Program-made: the position numbers and the translations under genes | DNA from: Candidatus Aenigmatarchaeota archaeon | GTDB taxonomy: Archaea; Aenigmatarchaeota; Aenigmatarchaeia; QMZP01 | DNA length: 26,682 nucleotides | Assembly: GCA_016782405.1 (NCBI GenBank) | Contig: JADHYO010000011.1 | Location: forward strand, 1 to 26,682 | Direction of reading: 5' to 3' | In this document: piece after piece, positions 1 through 10,263 of the stretch | Layout: the number at the start of each line of letters is the position of its first letter | Numbering within the stretch: position 1 is the first letter of the stretch | Notes under the pieces: model-generated | Told to the model about the DNA's origin: nothing | The model's database searches: none | The model's input: the letters and a program-made list of their open reading frames with translations, nothing else

Positions 1-10
1 TAACCAAACT

Positions 11-1114
11 GTGAATATGGTTTCTAATTATGCGGACAGGTTGACACAAGCCATCCATGATAAAAACAATCCTTCTGTTGCTGGTTATGATCCAAGGGTA
101 GAATACACACCTAACCATATTTTGAATGCAGCTGTGCGCAGGTATGGTAAAACTCCCAAGGCTGACGGGGATTTTCTAAGGGAGTACTTTACTCTTTTGA
201 CAGAAACTATTGCAGATGTTGTCCCAGCACTGAAACTAAATGCAGCATTCTTCGAGCAATTCGGGCCTGAGGGTTTGGCAGCGATGAAATATATTTCTGA
301 TCATGCCAAGGAGTTTGGGCTGGTTAGGGTTGCAGATGCGAAGCGGAATGATATTGGATCCACTGCTGAGGCCTATGCAAAAACCTGGATTGGGAAGGTT
401 AAACATGCATGGGGCGGATCCTCGCCAAGCATGGATTTCGACGCAGTTACAGTGAATCCTTACCTTGGAAGAGATGGGATTGACCCTTTTATTGATGCTG
501 CCAAGCTATTTGGGAATGGTATTTATGTTCTCTGCAGGACCTCAAACAAATCAGCAGTTGAAACACAGGACAGCTTGACTGACCTGGAGGGCTGGCAGGT
601 TGAAATGATGAATAGGTTAGGGGGGGTAGATGTTATGGGTGAAATAGAAAAACTTCCTGAAGAAACTAGAGAAGCGGCCAAGGCAAAGTTTGCTTGGTTG
701 GATCAGCAGGGAGAAATAACAAGAGCACCAGAATATATCAAAATGGCCACCCTTATTGACATGTGGGGGGAGGATGTTGTTGGTGACTGTGGCTACTCTT
801 CTGTTGGGGCTGTTGTAGGGGCCACTTATCCTGTTGAGGCAATGATACTGAGGGCTTTGCTGCCCCAAACACCATTCCTTGTTCCTGGTTACGGGGCCCA
901 AGGCGGGGGAGCAGCAGGGGTTGTCCCTGCCTTTGATAAGGATGGGAATGGAGCAATCGTGAACAATTCCCGGGCCTTGACATATGCTTGCAGGAGTGGT
1001 GAATTCGAACCCGAAAGGTTCCATCATGCAGCAGCTGAAGCTGCAGGGTTAATGAGGTTTGACATAACAGAGGCTCTTCGAGATGCTGGAAAAGGTAAAT
1101 GGGGAAGGAAATGA
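11..1114 (+). CDS. pyrF: Orotidine 5'-phosphate decarboxylase, family 2 (long form)
   Basis: Translation contains LKLNAAFFE, VADAKRNDIGSTAEAYA and DAVTVNPYLG, matching the family-2 OMPDC substrate-binding and catalytic-Lys motifs. Start is GTG at 11 or ATG at 17. The gene overlaps the downstream PRTase gene by 16 nt. Confidence 0.6.
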   Translation: MNMVSNYADRLTQAIHDKNNPSVAGYDPRVEYTPNHILNAAVRRYGKTPKADGDFLREYFTLLTETIADVVPALKLNAAFFEQFGPEGLAAMKYISDHAKEFGLVRVADAKRNDIGSTAEAYAKTWIGKVKHAWGGSSPSMDFDAVTVNPYLGRDGIDPFIDAAKLFGNGIYVLCRTSNKSAVETQDSLTDLEGWQVEMMNRLGGVDVMGEIEKLPEETREAAKAKFAWLDQQGEITRAPEYIKMATLIDMWGEDVVGDCGYSSVGAVVGATYPVEAMILRALLPQTPFLVPGYGAQGGGAAGVVPAFDKDGNGAIVNNSRALTYACRSGEFEPERFHHAAAEAAGLMRFDITEALRDAGKGKWGRK

Positions 1115-1869
1115 ACGATCAAATAAAAGACTTTGCAAATGCGATTGCGCAGACCCCAGGGGTTTTGCTTATTGACCATAAGTATTTGGAAACAGGTGAA
1201 GCCGACCTTGGGTTAAAGGACGGCAGGAGGGCGCTTTATTTTCTTAATCTGGGAGCAATCGCTGACGGGGAGTCCTGCACGAAAATGGGTTCTGCGTTTG
1301 CTTATTCGCTAAAGCAGAGAAATCATTGGTTTGATGTGGTAATAGGGCCTGCTTACAAGGGTATTACAATCGCTAATGATACTGTGGGAGCATTGTGGAG
1401 GGATTACCGGATAAAGAGGGGGTGGGCATACAAGAGAAAAGAAGCCAAAGAGCATGGGGAGAAAGGATCTGTTATTGGTACAAAACTGAAAGATGGTGAC
1501 AGTTTATGGATGGTGGATGATGTTATATCATCTTCCAAGACTAAAATGGACGAGATGAAATGGTTTGAGGGATATGCTGAACAGAATGGCATTAGCGTCC
1601 CAATCAGTGGCCTCACTGTAGGGATAGACAGGGAGCAGAAGGCTGTGATTGAAGAGCCAGATGGAAGCAAGAAACAGCTGGATGTCAGTGCTTCGCAGTA
1701 TTTCCATGACGAGACATGCCTTCCAGTGGACGTTGTTATCGGGGTAACAGAACTGATGGATTATCTTCACCAGGATAGGGTTGAAGGTCCTGACGGGGTT
1801 GTGATTGACGACAGGTTTATGAAGGCTTTTGAGGAATATCAGAAAGAATTTGGCGCGAAGCCGTGGTGA
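1099..1869 (+). CDS. pyrE: Type I phosphoribosyltransferase, likely orotate phosphoribosyltransferase
   Basis: PRPP-binding motif LWMVDDVISSSKTK (hydrophobic-DD-hydrophobic-small-T/S). N-terminal LKDGRRALYFLN resembles the OPRT F-x-L-x-SG-x-x-SP-x-Y loop. Overlaps and follows pyrF. At 256 aa it is longer than canonical PyrE. Confidence 0.5.
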   Translation: MGKEMNDQIKDFANAIAQTPGVLLIDHKYLETGEADLGLKDGRRALYFLNLGAIADGESCTKMGSAFAYSLKQRNHWFDVVIGPAYKGITIANDTVGALWRDYRIKRGWAYKRKEAKEHGEKGSVIGTKLKDGDSLWMVDDVISSSKTKMDEMKWFEGYAEQNGISVPISGLTVGIDREQKAVIEEPDGSKKQLDVSASQYFHDETCLPVDVVIGVTELMDYLHQDRVEGPDGVVIDDRFMKAFEEYQKEFGAKPW

Positions 1870-1899
1870 ACTTTTATTTCTCCCTTCTAAGGGGAAATC

Positions 1900-2739
1900 A
1901 TGAAAATAGTGTTTTCTCCTCGCTGTTTGCAGTATTACCAGCCTGGCCATCCCGAGGGGCCTGAGAGGATTGAGAGGACGCTGGAACACCTGAAGCAGAG
2001 GGGATATCTTTTTTCTGAGCCAGCTCCTTGCAGGGAGGAGGAGCTGTTGCTCTGCCACAGCCAGGAGCATGTGGACTCTGTGAGGAGCGAGGCGCTGGTT
2101 GGCGGTGAGACGCCTGTGTATTCTGGGATTTTTGATTATGCTCGGCTTGCTGCTGGCGGGGCGCTAAGGGCGATGCTCTATGCCTTGGATGGTGAGGATG
2201 CCTTTTCCCTGATGAGGCCCCCTGGCCACCATGCTTCCAAAGGACCGGAGGGTTTCTGCTATTTTAACAACATTGCGATTGCTGTGAAGAAGGCATTGGA
2301 GAAAGTGGAGAGGGTTGGGATTCTGGATTTTGACGCGCATCATGGGAACGGAACCCAGGATATTTTCCTCGGGGACTCTCAAGTGTTTTATGTCTCGCTC
2401 CATCAAGCAGGGATTTACCCAGGGACAGGCTTGGCCTCAGAGAAAAACTGCATTAATTTTCCTTTAGCTCCATTCACTGGGGAAGAGGAATATTTAAGGA
2501 AATTTGAAAAAAGCCTGGAAAGGATGAAACAATTCATGCCAGACCTACTAGCGGTTTCAGCTGGCTTTGACGCGCATCGAGAGGACCCAATCACCCAGCT
2601 GGGGCTGACTGAGGCAGGCTTCGGAACAATCGGAGAAAAAATCAAGGGGTTTGGGGTTCCTGTGTTTGCTGTGATGGAGGGGGGCTACTCAGAAAAAGTC
2701 CCGAAAAGCGTTAGGGAGTTTTTGCGGGGATTGGAGTGA
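1900..2739 (+). CDS. Histone deacetylase/AcuC/acetylpolyamine amidohydrolase family protein (short form)
   Basis: Motifs PPGHHA, FCYFNNIAIA, DFDAHHGNGTQ and a C-terminal MEGGY correspond to the Zn-dependent deacetylase active site. A GGGG RBS-like stretch precedes the ATG. Confidence 0.7.
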   Translation: MKIVFSPRCLQYYQPGHPEGPERIERTLEHLKQRGYLFSEPAPCREEELLLCHSQEHVDSVRSEALVGGETPVYSGIFDYARLAAGGALRAMLYALDGEDAFSLMRPPGHHASKGPEGFCYFNNIAIAVKKALEKVERVGILDFDAHHGNGTQDIFLGDSQVFYVSLHQAGIYPGTGLASEKNCINFPLAPFTGEEEYLRKFEKSLERMKQFMPDLLAVSAGFDAHREDPITQLGLTEAGFGTIGEKIKGFGVPVFAVMEGGYSEKVPKSVREFLRGLE

Positions 2740-2770
2740 AGCTTAAATTATTTTCCTCGAAAAGGTTGTC

Positions 2771-3463
2771 ATGAGGAGAATGCAAGTTTATCCTGTCCTG
2801 TTGGAGGAGCCTGGGCAGCAGATTGCAGTTGCCCGCGAGCTACTTGAGGCTGGGGCTGACGGGTTTCACATTGATGTGATGGACGGGGTGTACAACAGTG
2901 GCAACACTTTGCGTTTGGTTGACCCCTCCATGATAGAGGAGGTGTACCGCAGGACAGGAGCCCCAATGGATATCCACCTTATGGTTATGGGACCTGCTCA
3001 CTTGGTAGGTGTATACACTTCTGGGGAGCGCAGAACTATTATCTCGCAGTTTGAGTGCTTTCAGAATGAGAATGAATGCTGGGACTTTATTCACAAAACC
3101 AGTGGCTATGGGGGTATGGTGGGGCTTGCGCTGGAGCCAGACACACCAGTTGCTGATATTAGGAAATATTTGCAATATCTTGACCAGGTACTGGTTATGT
3201 CAGTCCCTACCGGTGGGTCAGGGCAGCAGTTCATTAACCAGAGTAAGAAGATTAGGGAGCTTGCAGAGATTAGGGATGAAAGGAATACTAGGAGTGAAAG
3301 GAGATATTGCTTTGTTATTGGAAGTGATGGAGGGATTGATGAGGAAACAGCGCCGCTGGTTAAGAGTGCTGGGTCTGTCAGGGTGGCTGCAGATTCTTCT
3401 ATTAGGAGGGCTAGGGAGAGGGGAATGAGCTACAGGGATATAATCAGGAGCCTGAGGGGTTAG
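2771..3463 (+). CDS. rpe: Ribulose-phosphate 3-epimerase-like protein (with internal insertion)
   Basis: GFHIDVMDGVYNSGN, MDIHLMV, VMSVPTGGSGQQF and GSDGGI ... AADSSI align with Rpe motifs HFDVMDNHYVPN, IDVHLMV, LMSVNPGFGGQSF and VDGG ... AGSAIF. An extra ~40-aa insert lies between strands 3 and 4. Confidence 0.65.
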   Translation: MRRMQVYPVLLEEPGQQIAVARELLEAGADGFHIDVMDGVYNSGNTLRLVDPSMIEEVYRRTGAPMDIHLMVMGPAHLVGVYTSGERRTIISQFECFQNENECWDFIHKTSGYGGMVGLALEPDTPVADIRKYLQYLDQVLVMSVPTGGSGQQFINQSKKIRELAEIRDERNTRSERRYCFVIGSDGGIDEETAPLVKSAGSVRVAADSSIRRARERGMSYRDIIRSLRG

Positions 3464-4396
3464 TCATTTCTTCTCTTGGTTTTTTTGCTTCTTGCTGCTG
3501 ACCTCTGCTTCAAGGGCTGGTAGTGTTTCTTTTATCCTGGCAAGGCGCGACTGGTATTTCTCTGTCTTAATTTTGTAGAGGGACTCTGAGATAATGCCAT
3601 GTTTAAAGCGGTCCTCCTGGGCTTTTTTCATGAGGTGGATCAGGCTTTTTTTCTCCCTTTTCAGGCGGTGGATTTTCTTGATGAGCTTGCGACGGCGGAG
3701 GGCTCTCCAGGATACCAATGCAGCTAGGGAGCAGGCAGCAATGACAATAATTGTTTCAACCCAGTATGTTTCAATGAAGCTTTTTCCAGCAGATGTTATA
3801 ATGCTTAAGGATGTGACAGATGCCTCACTTTCTTCTAGGGTTTGTTTGGCTTGCTCCAGGAGGGAGGAGGCCTCTTCGTAACGTTCTTTGTAAAAGGCTT
3901 CACGGGCCTGCTCCAGAAGGGATGCAGCCTCGGAAGTGTCCACCAACTGCTTCTGTTCTTGCTTAGAAAAAAGATTCATTAAACCGGGCTCTTTGAATTC
4001 TTCTGTGCTGTAGGAATCCAGCTTCTTGCTGAATGCTGTTATTGAATCAAAAAGAATGATTTCATCATCTGCTAGCTGGCAGACTTCTTCTGCAGCTGAA
4101 ATTGCCCCAGCGTATGTTTTTTCTTCAGCAGGCAATCCTGTCAAGGACTGATTTAAGGCAGCGGCAACTGGGCCACTTAACCCTTTCTTCAGGCTTTCAA
4201 CAGATTCAGCCCTCCTCTTGATGTCATTGACCCTGATTAGGAGGTCCTCTGCCATCCCAGTTGGGAGGTTGTTGCTTTTCAATTCTTGGATGCATTGAGA
4301 TGCGTTTTCAATAGCAGAGGCTGCATCCTCCATGGGCTGGGCTGATACCAAAGGGAGGAGTACCAGGAAGGCAGCAAGCAGGGCTAGGGTTTTCAT
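3464..4396 (-). CDS. Secreted, C-terminally membrane-anchored coiled-coil protein; third gene of the giant-surface-protein operon
   Basis: N-terminal signal peptide MKTLALLAAFLVLLPLVSA. Helical/coiled-coil ectodomain, a TM helix (TIIVIAACSLAALVSW) and a basic cytoplasmic tail carrying the AQEDRFKHG...Y...RLARIKE motif shared with the giant protein. Start overlaps the giant ORF stop by 4 nt (ATGA). Confidence 0.6.
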   Translation of the reverse strand: MKTLALLAAFLVLLPLVSAQPMEDAASAIENASQCIQELKSNNLPTGMAEDLLIRVNDIKRRAESVESLKKGLSGPVAAALNQSLTGLPAEEKTYAGAISAAEEVCQLADDEIILFDSITAFSKKLDSYSTEEFKEPGLMNLFSKQEQKQLVDTSEAASLLEQAREAFYKERYEEASSLLEQAKQTLEESEASVTSLSIITSAGKSFIETYWVETIIVIAACSLAALVSWRALRRRKLIKKIHRLKREKKSLIHLMKKAQEDRFKHGIISESLYKIKTEKYQSRLARIKETLPALEAEVSSKKQKNQEKK

Positions 4397-7300
4397 TCTT
4401 CACCTCCTGGCTTGATGTGTTTTGATTCAATAACCATGCGCTCGCCCTCTATTTCAGCGATGCGCCCATTTAGCTCTTTCTCTATTCCCTTGTACTCGTC
4501 TCTTGATGTTTTCCCTTTTTCGAGGTAGTCTTCCTGGGCCTGCTTCAGAGATGACATCACTTCATTGCTCTCCCTGTCCAGGTCCTTGAGAACTTGGTTT
4601 GGTTTGAGGAGGCGGACCCTCTTGTGGCGGAGTGTTGTCCTCTCTTTTTTTATTTTGGCAAGGCGTTTCTGGTAGTCTGAAAGTACAGAGTGGTATGCTG
4701 CATAACCGAGCTTTCCTTTTTCAAGGTAATCTCGCTGGGTTTCTTTTAACAGCTCCTTCAGGGTTTGCTCTTCTTTTTCCAGTCTCCTGATTCTCTCAGA
4801 GATTGTTGCTTTTGTATGGGCCCTGTAACCAACCACACCTGTTGCTGACGCAAGGAACATTGCAATTATTATTGCCCACCAGTAGGTGAGGAGGAATAAC
4901 ACAGGGTTGAAGATGCTGGATTCTGCTGCCAGGCCTAGCATTGCTTCGCGGGCACGCTGCAAGGCTGATGTGTAATCCTCGCGCTCAAATGCTGCTTCAG
5001 CCAGGCGGAGGAGCTCCTCGGTTTTTTCTAAGGAATCAGGAGATCCAGTTAGAGAGAGTGATGCAATATCATTTTTCAGGGATTCAATCAGGTCGCTGGC
5101 TTCTAAAGCATTCTTTTTCATTGATTCTATTTCTTTGCTGAGTTCCCAGACCTTTGAGAAATCCCTTTGTTCCAGGGCTTTTTTTGCGTCAGCCAGCAGT
5201 CCGGATAGTTGGTCTGTGGGGAAGCCTGCTTTTTTCATTTCTTCTAGGGCGGATTCTGCTTCCTTCAGCAACTGGGAGGCTTGGCTCTCGCTTACCTCAT
5301 GTATAACAAGAGTAACAGTCCTGCTTTCAACAAGGTCCTTGTTCACACCATTTCCGATGATTTTACCTGTGATGGTTATAGATAGCCAGTGGGTCCCTGC
5401 TTTCATATAGTCAGGGGATGTTACTGTCACCAAGAATTCTGCGGATTCGCCGAAAGGAATACTCTCTATCTCAACAGGGGAGAACTCAAGGTACTGGGAG
5501 AAGAAACCCTCGATTTTCATGGTCACATCTTCAAGAGCTGCATCTTCAAAGATGTTTTTGACTGTGACTGGGAATAATTGACTCCCTCCGCGCACCAGCT
5601 CCACAGTCTCCTTAGAGGAGAGGAGCTCTTTTCCTCTAAGTACAGCGCTAACAACCTGGGAGGTTGTTGCTCCGCCGGTTGAACCGCCGCCGCCGACTTC
5701 TGTTGTGGTTGTCTGGGTTACTGTTGTGGTGACTGTTGTGGGGATTCCTATGGAAACACTCTTGGAGTCAGAACTGCTGGAGCCTTCAGAAGAGGAGGCT
5801 GTGGCATTGATTGTGACTGTTTTGTTGTCTGCAGTGGAGCTGACATCTATTGTTATTGTATTGGTTGCAGATGAGCCAACTGTGAGGCTGTCAATAGAGC
5901 GGTTGAGTGTGCCACTCTGGTTGGAAAATTCTGCTGGAAGGTCCCAGGCTAACCAGACCCCTGAAGCATCAGAGGTTCCTAGGTTCTCTACCTTGGAAAC
6001 ATAGGTTACACCTGAATCTCCTTTGCTTACAGCAGAGGTGAATGTTGTTATTGTAACAGATAGGAATGGACCTGGGGTATTCTGGATGTTTATCTGGGCA
6101 GATGCTGTGTTTGAGGATGGGGAGGAGGAGCTGTCGTTTGCTGTGGATGTTATTGTGAAATTGTAGGAACCAACTGCAAATCCTGTTGTGTTTGCTGTGA
6201 CATTGAGTTTTCCTGAGGAGCCTGACGGGATTGTTAGGAGCGTGCTTGTGTTCTCTGTTCCATTGAATGTTATCCAAGCTGCGCTTGATGAAAGATTGAA
6301 TTCCAGTGGATGGTCACCTGTGTTGTTGACAGAGACATTGCCCAGTGAAATCACTCTGGGCTCGCTCCTGACAACTGATTTAACTGATGGTATTGTGCTG
6401 TAGAATGTCCATGTCTTGTCCAAGGATACTGAAACGGTTTCAGTTGAGGAGATGTTCTGGTTTCCGCTGTCATCCTCTACCAAAACTCGGAAGGTCCAGT
6501 TGTTTGTTGTGTTTGCAGTGAAGTTTCCTGTAAACAAGTCCCCGGAAAGGGAGTGCATGGTGAAGTTGAGGAATTTTGAGGCATTATTCTCCTTGAACTG
6601 GAGCAGGAGAATGGATAGGTTTGTGTTGTCAGTTGCATTCGCTGTCACGTTTACAGAGACGCCGGGGTCAAGGTCTCCTGTTGAGGAGGGGGAGTAGGTG
6701 ATATTACTTAGGATGGGATTAGTGACATCAGTCACTGTGAATGATGTGGAGGTGGAGTTTTCATTACTAGTGGTGTCATTAACATAGAAGACGCATGTGA
6801 CGCCGCCCTTGGAAAGGTTGGCTGCTGGGATTGTGAGATTCAAATCTGCGGAGGTGCCTGACAGGGAAAATGTTGTGTTTACAAAGGAGCCGCTGGAATT
6901 CTGTTCCACTATACCAAATGCTAGTTCTATGTTGTCGCTCCAGGAGGAGTGGCAGGTTGCAGAGGCATTGTCCGTGGCTGTGGAGGGGTCTGTAGCTGCA
7001 GCAGAGAACTGGGGGGAGGTGTTGTCAAAGGTGAAAAAGATGATGGAAGAGGCGCCGGTGTTCTGGGATGTGTCATTTGCGAAGAATGAGATGTTGTGGG
7101 AGCCCTGGGAAGGGGTGATGGTGGTGTTCCAGAGAATGAGGGAGGCGTTTCCCATGCTCACGTTGGCGGCGTTGTCCAGGGAGTACCAAGCTGCTGAGCT
7201 GTTTTCATCCATGCTTATGTTTAGCAGTAAGGTGGAGTGGAGTGAATTGTTCAGCGGGGAGAGGACAACAATTGAGGGTGGGGTGGTATCGCCTCCTGAT

Positions 7301-10263
7301 GTGTCCACAGTAAAGGTCCGGACAGATGAAGTTCCCATATTATCAATTGAGTCATTGGCAAAGAATTGAATGGTATGGACACCATCAGCTATGGAGTTTA
7401 GTGTGGCTATCCAGAGTGTTGATGATATAGATGTCATGGTGACATTGGCCCCACTGTCCATTGAGTATAAAGCTGAATCAGCGGATTCACCCAGGCTTAT
7501 TGTAGCATAGAAAGTGGATTGGGTGTATGTTTTGTTTTCCGGTGTTGCTACTGTTACTATAGGGGCAGTTGAGTCGCTGATATATGTTCCACTAATTCCG
7601 TTGTTGACAGCTGCCTCGGTGGAGTTGTCAAAGATGTATACAAACCAATCATATACAGCATCAGTGGTGGAGCTGGTGAAGTTGCAGGATGAGTTGATCT
7701 TTGATGTTGTGTTAGAGCATAAGGTTCCGGTTATACAGCCTGAGGAATTTGCTTCACTGGTGTTACATACATAGAGGAATATTGCTTGGCCTAGGTCACC
7801 ATCGGTCTCATTTGAGACAGTGGTTATTGAAATATTTAGACCGCCTTTTATTGTTTCAGCGGAAGCAGATGCAGAGGTGAGGACTGGCAAGCGGTTGATG
7901 TTTATTGTGCTGCTCTGAGTTGACTGCGCGTTGCCTGCATCATCTGTTGAATTGTAGCGGAGGTAATTCGGTCCGCGGTGGGAGGAATTGAATTCAATAA
8001 CTGGGACCCCCCCATCTGAAACTGTGTTTGGTGTACATGTGTCGGTGGTGTCTGTGCAGAATTTTGTTTCAGGGTCGCTATCGACGTTGTCTGACTCTGT
8101 TATGGTGACATTGTAGTCTGGTGAGTGGATGATGGTGTTGGAGCTGTCTGATGTTTGCGGGGCTGTCCAGTCTGTGACAAAGGATATGATGTCAATGTTC
8201 TGAGATGTGTTTTGGCTGTTTGTCATATTGTCTGCACAGGCAATGTAAATGTTTGTTGTGTTGGAGCCTTCTGTGTCAGTTGTGACGGTGCAGGATGAGT
8301 TAGTGCCTGTGGTCACGCATGCCAGTCCTGTACCTGGGTTGTAGGCATTGTCTGTTGTGTAATGCCTGCACAGCATACCATACTCCCCTATGACAGTGAC
8401 GTTTGTATAGCCATCATTCACATTGTCGTAAAAGGTTGCAGGAATTGTTTTAGCAACACTGGTTGTTGCATTGGATGCGTTTTCTGTGACTGTAACTGTG
8501 GATGAAAGGGTTGGTGGGGTTGAGTCTGTTGTGTAGGTTGTTGATTGGGCACTGGAATAATACACTAGGTCATAAACCCTGCAGTATACTGTGTGGGCGG
8601 CATCATCAGTTGTTGCTGTGAAAGTGCAGTTCATTGCAGAGTATGGGTTTGCATAGGAACTGTCTCCCTGGCTACATTGGGTATTGCTTGAGTCAGGTGT
8701 TGCATTCTCAGAGCAGTAAAACCTGAGGTTGTCATTGTTGGAATCATTCACCCCGCTTGGTTCAATTGCTATCAGGCCACCGCCTTTGATTGGATCGGGG
8801 TGGTCTGCAACTGACGAGAGTCTTGGCGTCACTACAATGGTTTGGTTTGATGTTCCAACCAGGAATATGTCTGAATCGTAGAAAAGGGCTTTTATAGTGA
8901 AATTGCCTTTCGATGTATTCATTGGGAGGGTGTGGTTGTATTCCCAGAGATTTTCTGAGTTGTTGACTCCCTGATGAACTGTTCCGTTGATTTGGAATGT
9001 GACATTTGTTATAACTGATGTGCCGCCGGTTTCGTTGAAACTTATGTTCACTGTATCATTAATCATGAATTCTTGCAGGAGGGTTGGGGTTACAAAGCTT
9101 GTGTTTGGCACATCACCAAAAGTATAGGTTGCAAATCCAAAGCTGTCTGTGCTTGTTCTGTTGTAAAATGTGTATTCCACCTTGTTGTAATTCATCCTGT
9201 TGGTCTTAGGGAAATTACTGCAACGTGTTGTTGGGTAGCGGTGATGGTCTGTTGAAAACTTTATTAGGACAGGTGCGCCAAACCCACCAGGTCCGGAATG
9301 ATTGACATATCCAATTACGTCGTCTGCTCCAGTTTCATTGGTGAAAATAATGTGGTAAAGTCCATTCCCATCAATGCAGCCAGATAGGTCCTCGCTGTCT
9401 AGCGAGCCCAGCGTGCTTTCATGGAATGTTTCACCGGAGTCGTTGCTGTATACAACCAGGAGGGTGTCTGTTTCTATTTCACCTGTTATCAGGATGTGAT
9501 CACCCCGCGTGTTGATTGAAACACTGTGGACACTGCTTCCATCTGATCCTGTATGCACGCTCCTGGATGTGGACGTTACAAAATTGTCTGAGGAGTTGTA
9601 CAGCATTAAGTTGTCAGGTATGCCCTGCTGATCATCAACAGCAATGTATATGTCACCATCATCAGTAACGTCAATGCCACACATGTTCGTGTTCCTGGCG
9701 TTACCAATCTCTGTTCTGGTCCATGTTCCAGATTCTGAGTCAAGTGTGGCGTTGATAAAAACTGTATCCTCGGCTGAGTCATATGCGCATATCACCCATT
9801 GGTTGTTGACCCCGTCATAAGCAACAGCAGGTTCGTTCAGGTTGCTTGTCAGCCCTGCTGCATCCGCCAGTGAGGAAAAGCCTGCGCAGCCTGTGTCAGT
9901 TACTGAATACTGGATGTCCCCCTGTCCTGTCTGGTCTGCTATTACTATTGCTCTTGTACCGTTTGTTGCTATGCTTGGCCATTGGTAGGTTCCTCCTCCG
10001 ATCTCTGTTTCACTGGACCAGGTTGCCCCGTTGTCTGTGGACTGGGCACATCTGACGTCATTGTCAACATCCTCCCATACAGCTATCAGCATTTCATTGT
10101 CCAGCCTTACCATATTTTTCTGGGCTGGGTCTCCACCTGCTGTTGCAGCGACTGCCTTGCTTGAAGGGTTGCTTATGTAAGAGCTGCTGAAACCTGCATA
10201 GGCTGTGGCAGTCAGTAGCGAAAGCCCTATTACAACTGCAAGTATGAAAAAAGATTGTTTCAT
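4393..10263 (-). CDS. Giant (1956 aa) secreted surface glycoprotein: N-terminal BNR/Asp-box beta-propeller, long Ser/Thr/Asn-rich Ig-like repeat region, poly-Thr linker, helical stalk, C-terminal TM helix and repeated cytoplasmic coiled-coil motif
   Basis: Signal peptide MKQSFFILAVVIGLSLLTATAYA. Asp-box motifs STDNGATWS and SNDSGETF. Very high density of N-x-S/T sequons. Linker PTTVTTTVTQTTTTEVGGGGSTGG. TM PVLFLLTYWWAIIIAMFLASATGVVGY. The tail carries two copies of Q(R/E)DYLEKGK...Y...(R)(L/I)A.I..E. Confidence 0.8.
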   Translation of the reverse strand: MKQSFFILAVVIGLSLLTATAYAGFSSSYISNPSSKAVAATAGGDPAQKNMVRLDNEMLIAVWEDVDNDVRCAQSTDNGATWSSETEIGGGTYQWPSIATNGTRAIVIADQTGQGDIQYSVTDTGCAGFSSLADAAGLTSNLNEPAVAYDGVNNQWVICAYDSAEDTVFINATLDSESGTWTRTEIGNARNTNMCGIDVTDDGDIYIAVDDQQGIPDNLMLYNSSDNFVTSTSRSVHTGSDGSSVHSVSINTRGDHILITGEIETDTLLVVYSNDSGETFHESTLGSLDSEDLSGCIDGNGLYHIIFTNETGADDVIGYVNHSGPGGFGAPVLIKFSTDHHRYPTTRCSNFPKTNRMNYNKVEYTFYNRTSTDSFGFATYTFGDVPNTSFVTPTLLQEFMINDTVNISFNETGGTSVITNVTFQINGTVHQGVNNSENLWEYNHTLPMNTSKGNFTIKALFYDSDIFLVGTSNQTIVVTPRLSSVADHPDPIKGGGLIAIEPSGVNDSNNDNLRFYCSENATPDSSNTQCSQGDSSYANPYSAMNCTFTATTDDAAHTVYCRVYDLVYYSSAQSTTYTTDSTPPTLSSTVTVTENASNATTSVAKTIPATFYDNVNDGYTNVTVIGEYGMLCRHYTTDNAYNPGTGLACVTTGTNSSCTVTTDTEGSNTTNIYIACADNMTNSQNTSQNIDIISFVTDWTAPQTSDSSNTIIHSPDYNVTITESDNVDSDPETKFCTDTTDTCTPNTVSDGGVPVIEFNSSHRGPNYLRYNSTDDAGNAQSTQSSTININRLPVLTSASASAETIKGGLNISITTVSNETDGDLGQAIFLYVCNTSEANSSGCITGTLCSNTTSKINSSCNFTSSTTDAVYDWFVYIFDNSTEAAVNNGISGTYISDSTAPIVTVATPENKTYTQSTFYATISLGESADSALYSMDSGANVTMTSISSTLWIATLNSIADGVHTIQFFANDSIDNMGTSSVRTFTVDTSGGDTTPPSIVVLSPLNNSLHSTLLLNISMDENSSAAWYSLDNAANVSMGNASLILWNTTITPSQGSHNISFFANDTSQNTGASSIIFFTFDNTSPQFSAAATDPSTATDNASATCHSSWSDNIELAFGIVEQNSSGSFVNTTFSLSGTSADLNLTIPAANLSKGGVTCVFYVNDTTSNENSTSTSFTVTDVTNPILSNITYSPSSTGDLDPGVSVNVTANATDNTNLSILLLQFKENNASKFLNFTMHSLSGDLFTGNFTANTTNNWTFRVLVEDDSGNQNISSTETVSVSLDKTWTFYSTIPSVKSVVRSEPRVISLGNVSVNNTGDHPLEFNLSSSAAWITFNGTENTSTLLTIPSGSSGKLNVTANTTGFAVGSYNFTITSTANDSSSSPSSNTASAQINIQNTPGPFLSVTITTFTSAVSKGDSGVTYVSKVENLGTSDASGVWLAWDLPAEFSNQSGTLNRSIDSLTVGSSATNTITIDVSSTADNKTVTINATASSSEGSSSSDSKSVSIGIPTTVTTTVTQTTTTEVGGGGSTGGATTSQVVSAVLRGKELLSSKETVELVRGGSQLFPVTVKNIFEDAALEDVTMKIEGFFSQYLEFSPVEIESIPFGESAEFLVTVTSPDYMKAGTHWLSITITGKIIGNGVNKDLVESRTVTLVIHEVSESQASQLLKEAESALEEMKKAGFPTDQLSGLLADAKKALEQRDFSKVWELSKEIESMKKNALEASDLIESLKNDIASLSLTGSPDSLEKTEELLRLAEAAFEREDYTSALQRAREAMLGLAAESSIFNPVLFLLTYWWAIIIAMFLASATGVVGYRAHTKATISERIRRLEKEEQTLKELLKETQRDYLEKGKLGYAAYHSVLSDYQKRLAKIKKERTTLRHKRVRLLKPNQVLKDLDRESNEVMSSLKQAQEDYLEKGKTSRDEYKGIEKELNGRIAEIEGERMVIESKHIKPGGEE

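Noticed and set aside
3009-3428. 139-aa + strand ORF overlapping the rpe-like gene in another frame, and minus-strand ORFs 1528-2070, 2164-2406, 2840-3175
   Set aside because: These are alternative-frame or antisense ORFs within genes that have clear enzyme motifs. The translations are Leu/Arg/Ser-rich junk.
9100-9260. Poly-Thr/Gly-encoding stretch of the giant gene and repetitive ACNACN codon runs as possible DNA-level tandem repeats or assembly artefact
   Set aside because: At the nucleotide level the repeats are imperfect and keep the reading frame. This is consistent with a genuine low-complexity linker rather than a collapsed tandem repeat.
4941-10164. Numerous 60-190-aa ORFs on the + strand inside the giant gene (e.g. 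5705-6004, 6797-7369, 7514-7774)
   Set aside because: They are antisense shadow ORFs of a 5.9-kb gene with strong, continuous coding signal on the minus strand. They lack start contexts and have low-complexity translations.
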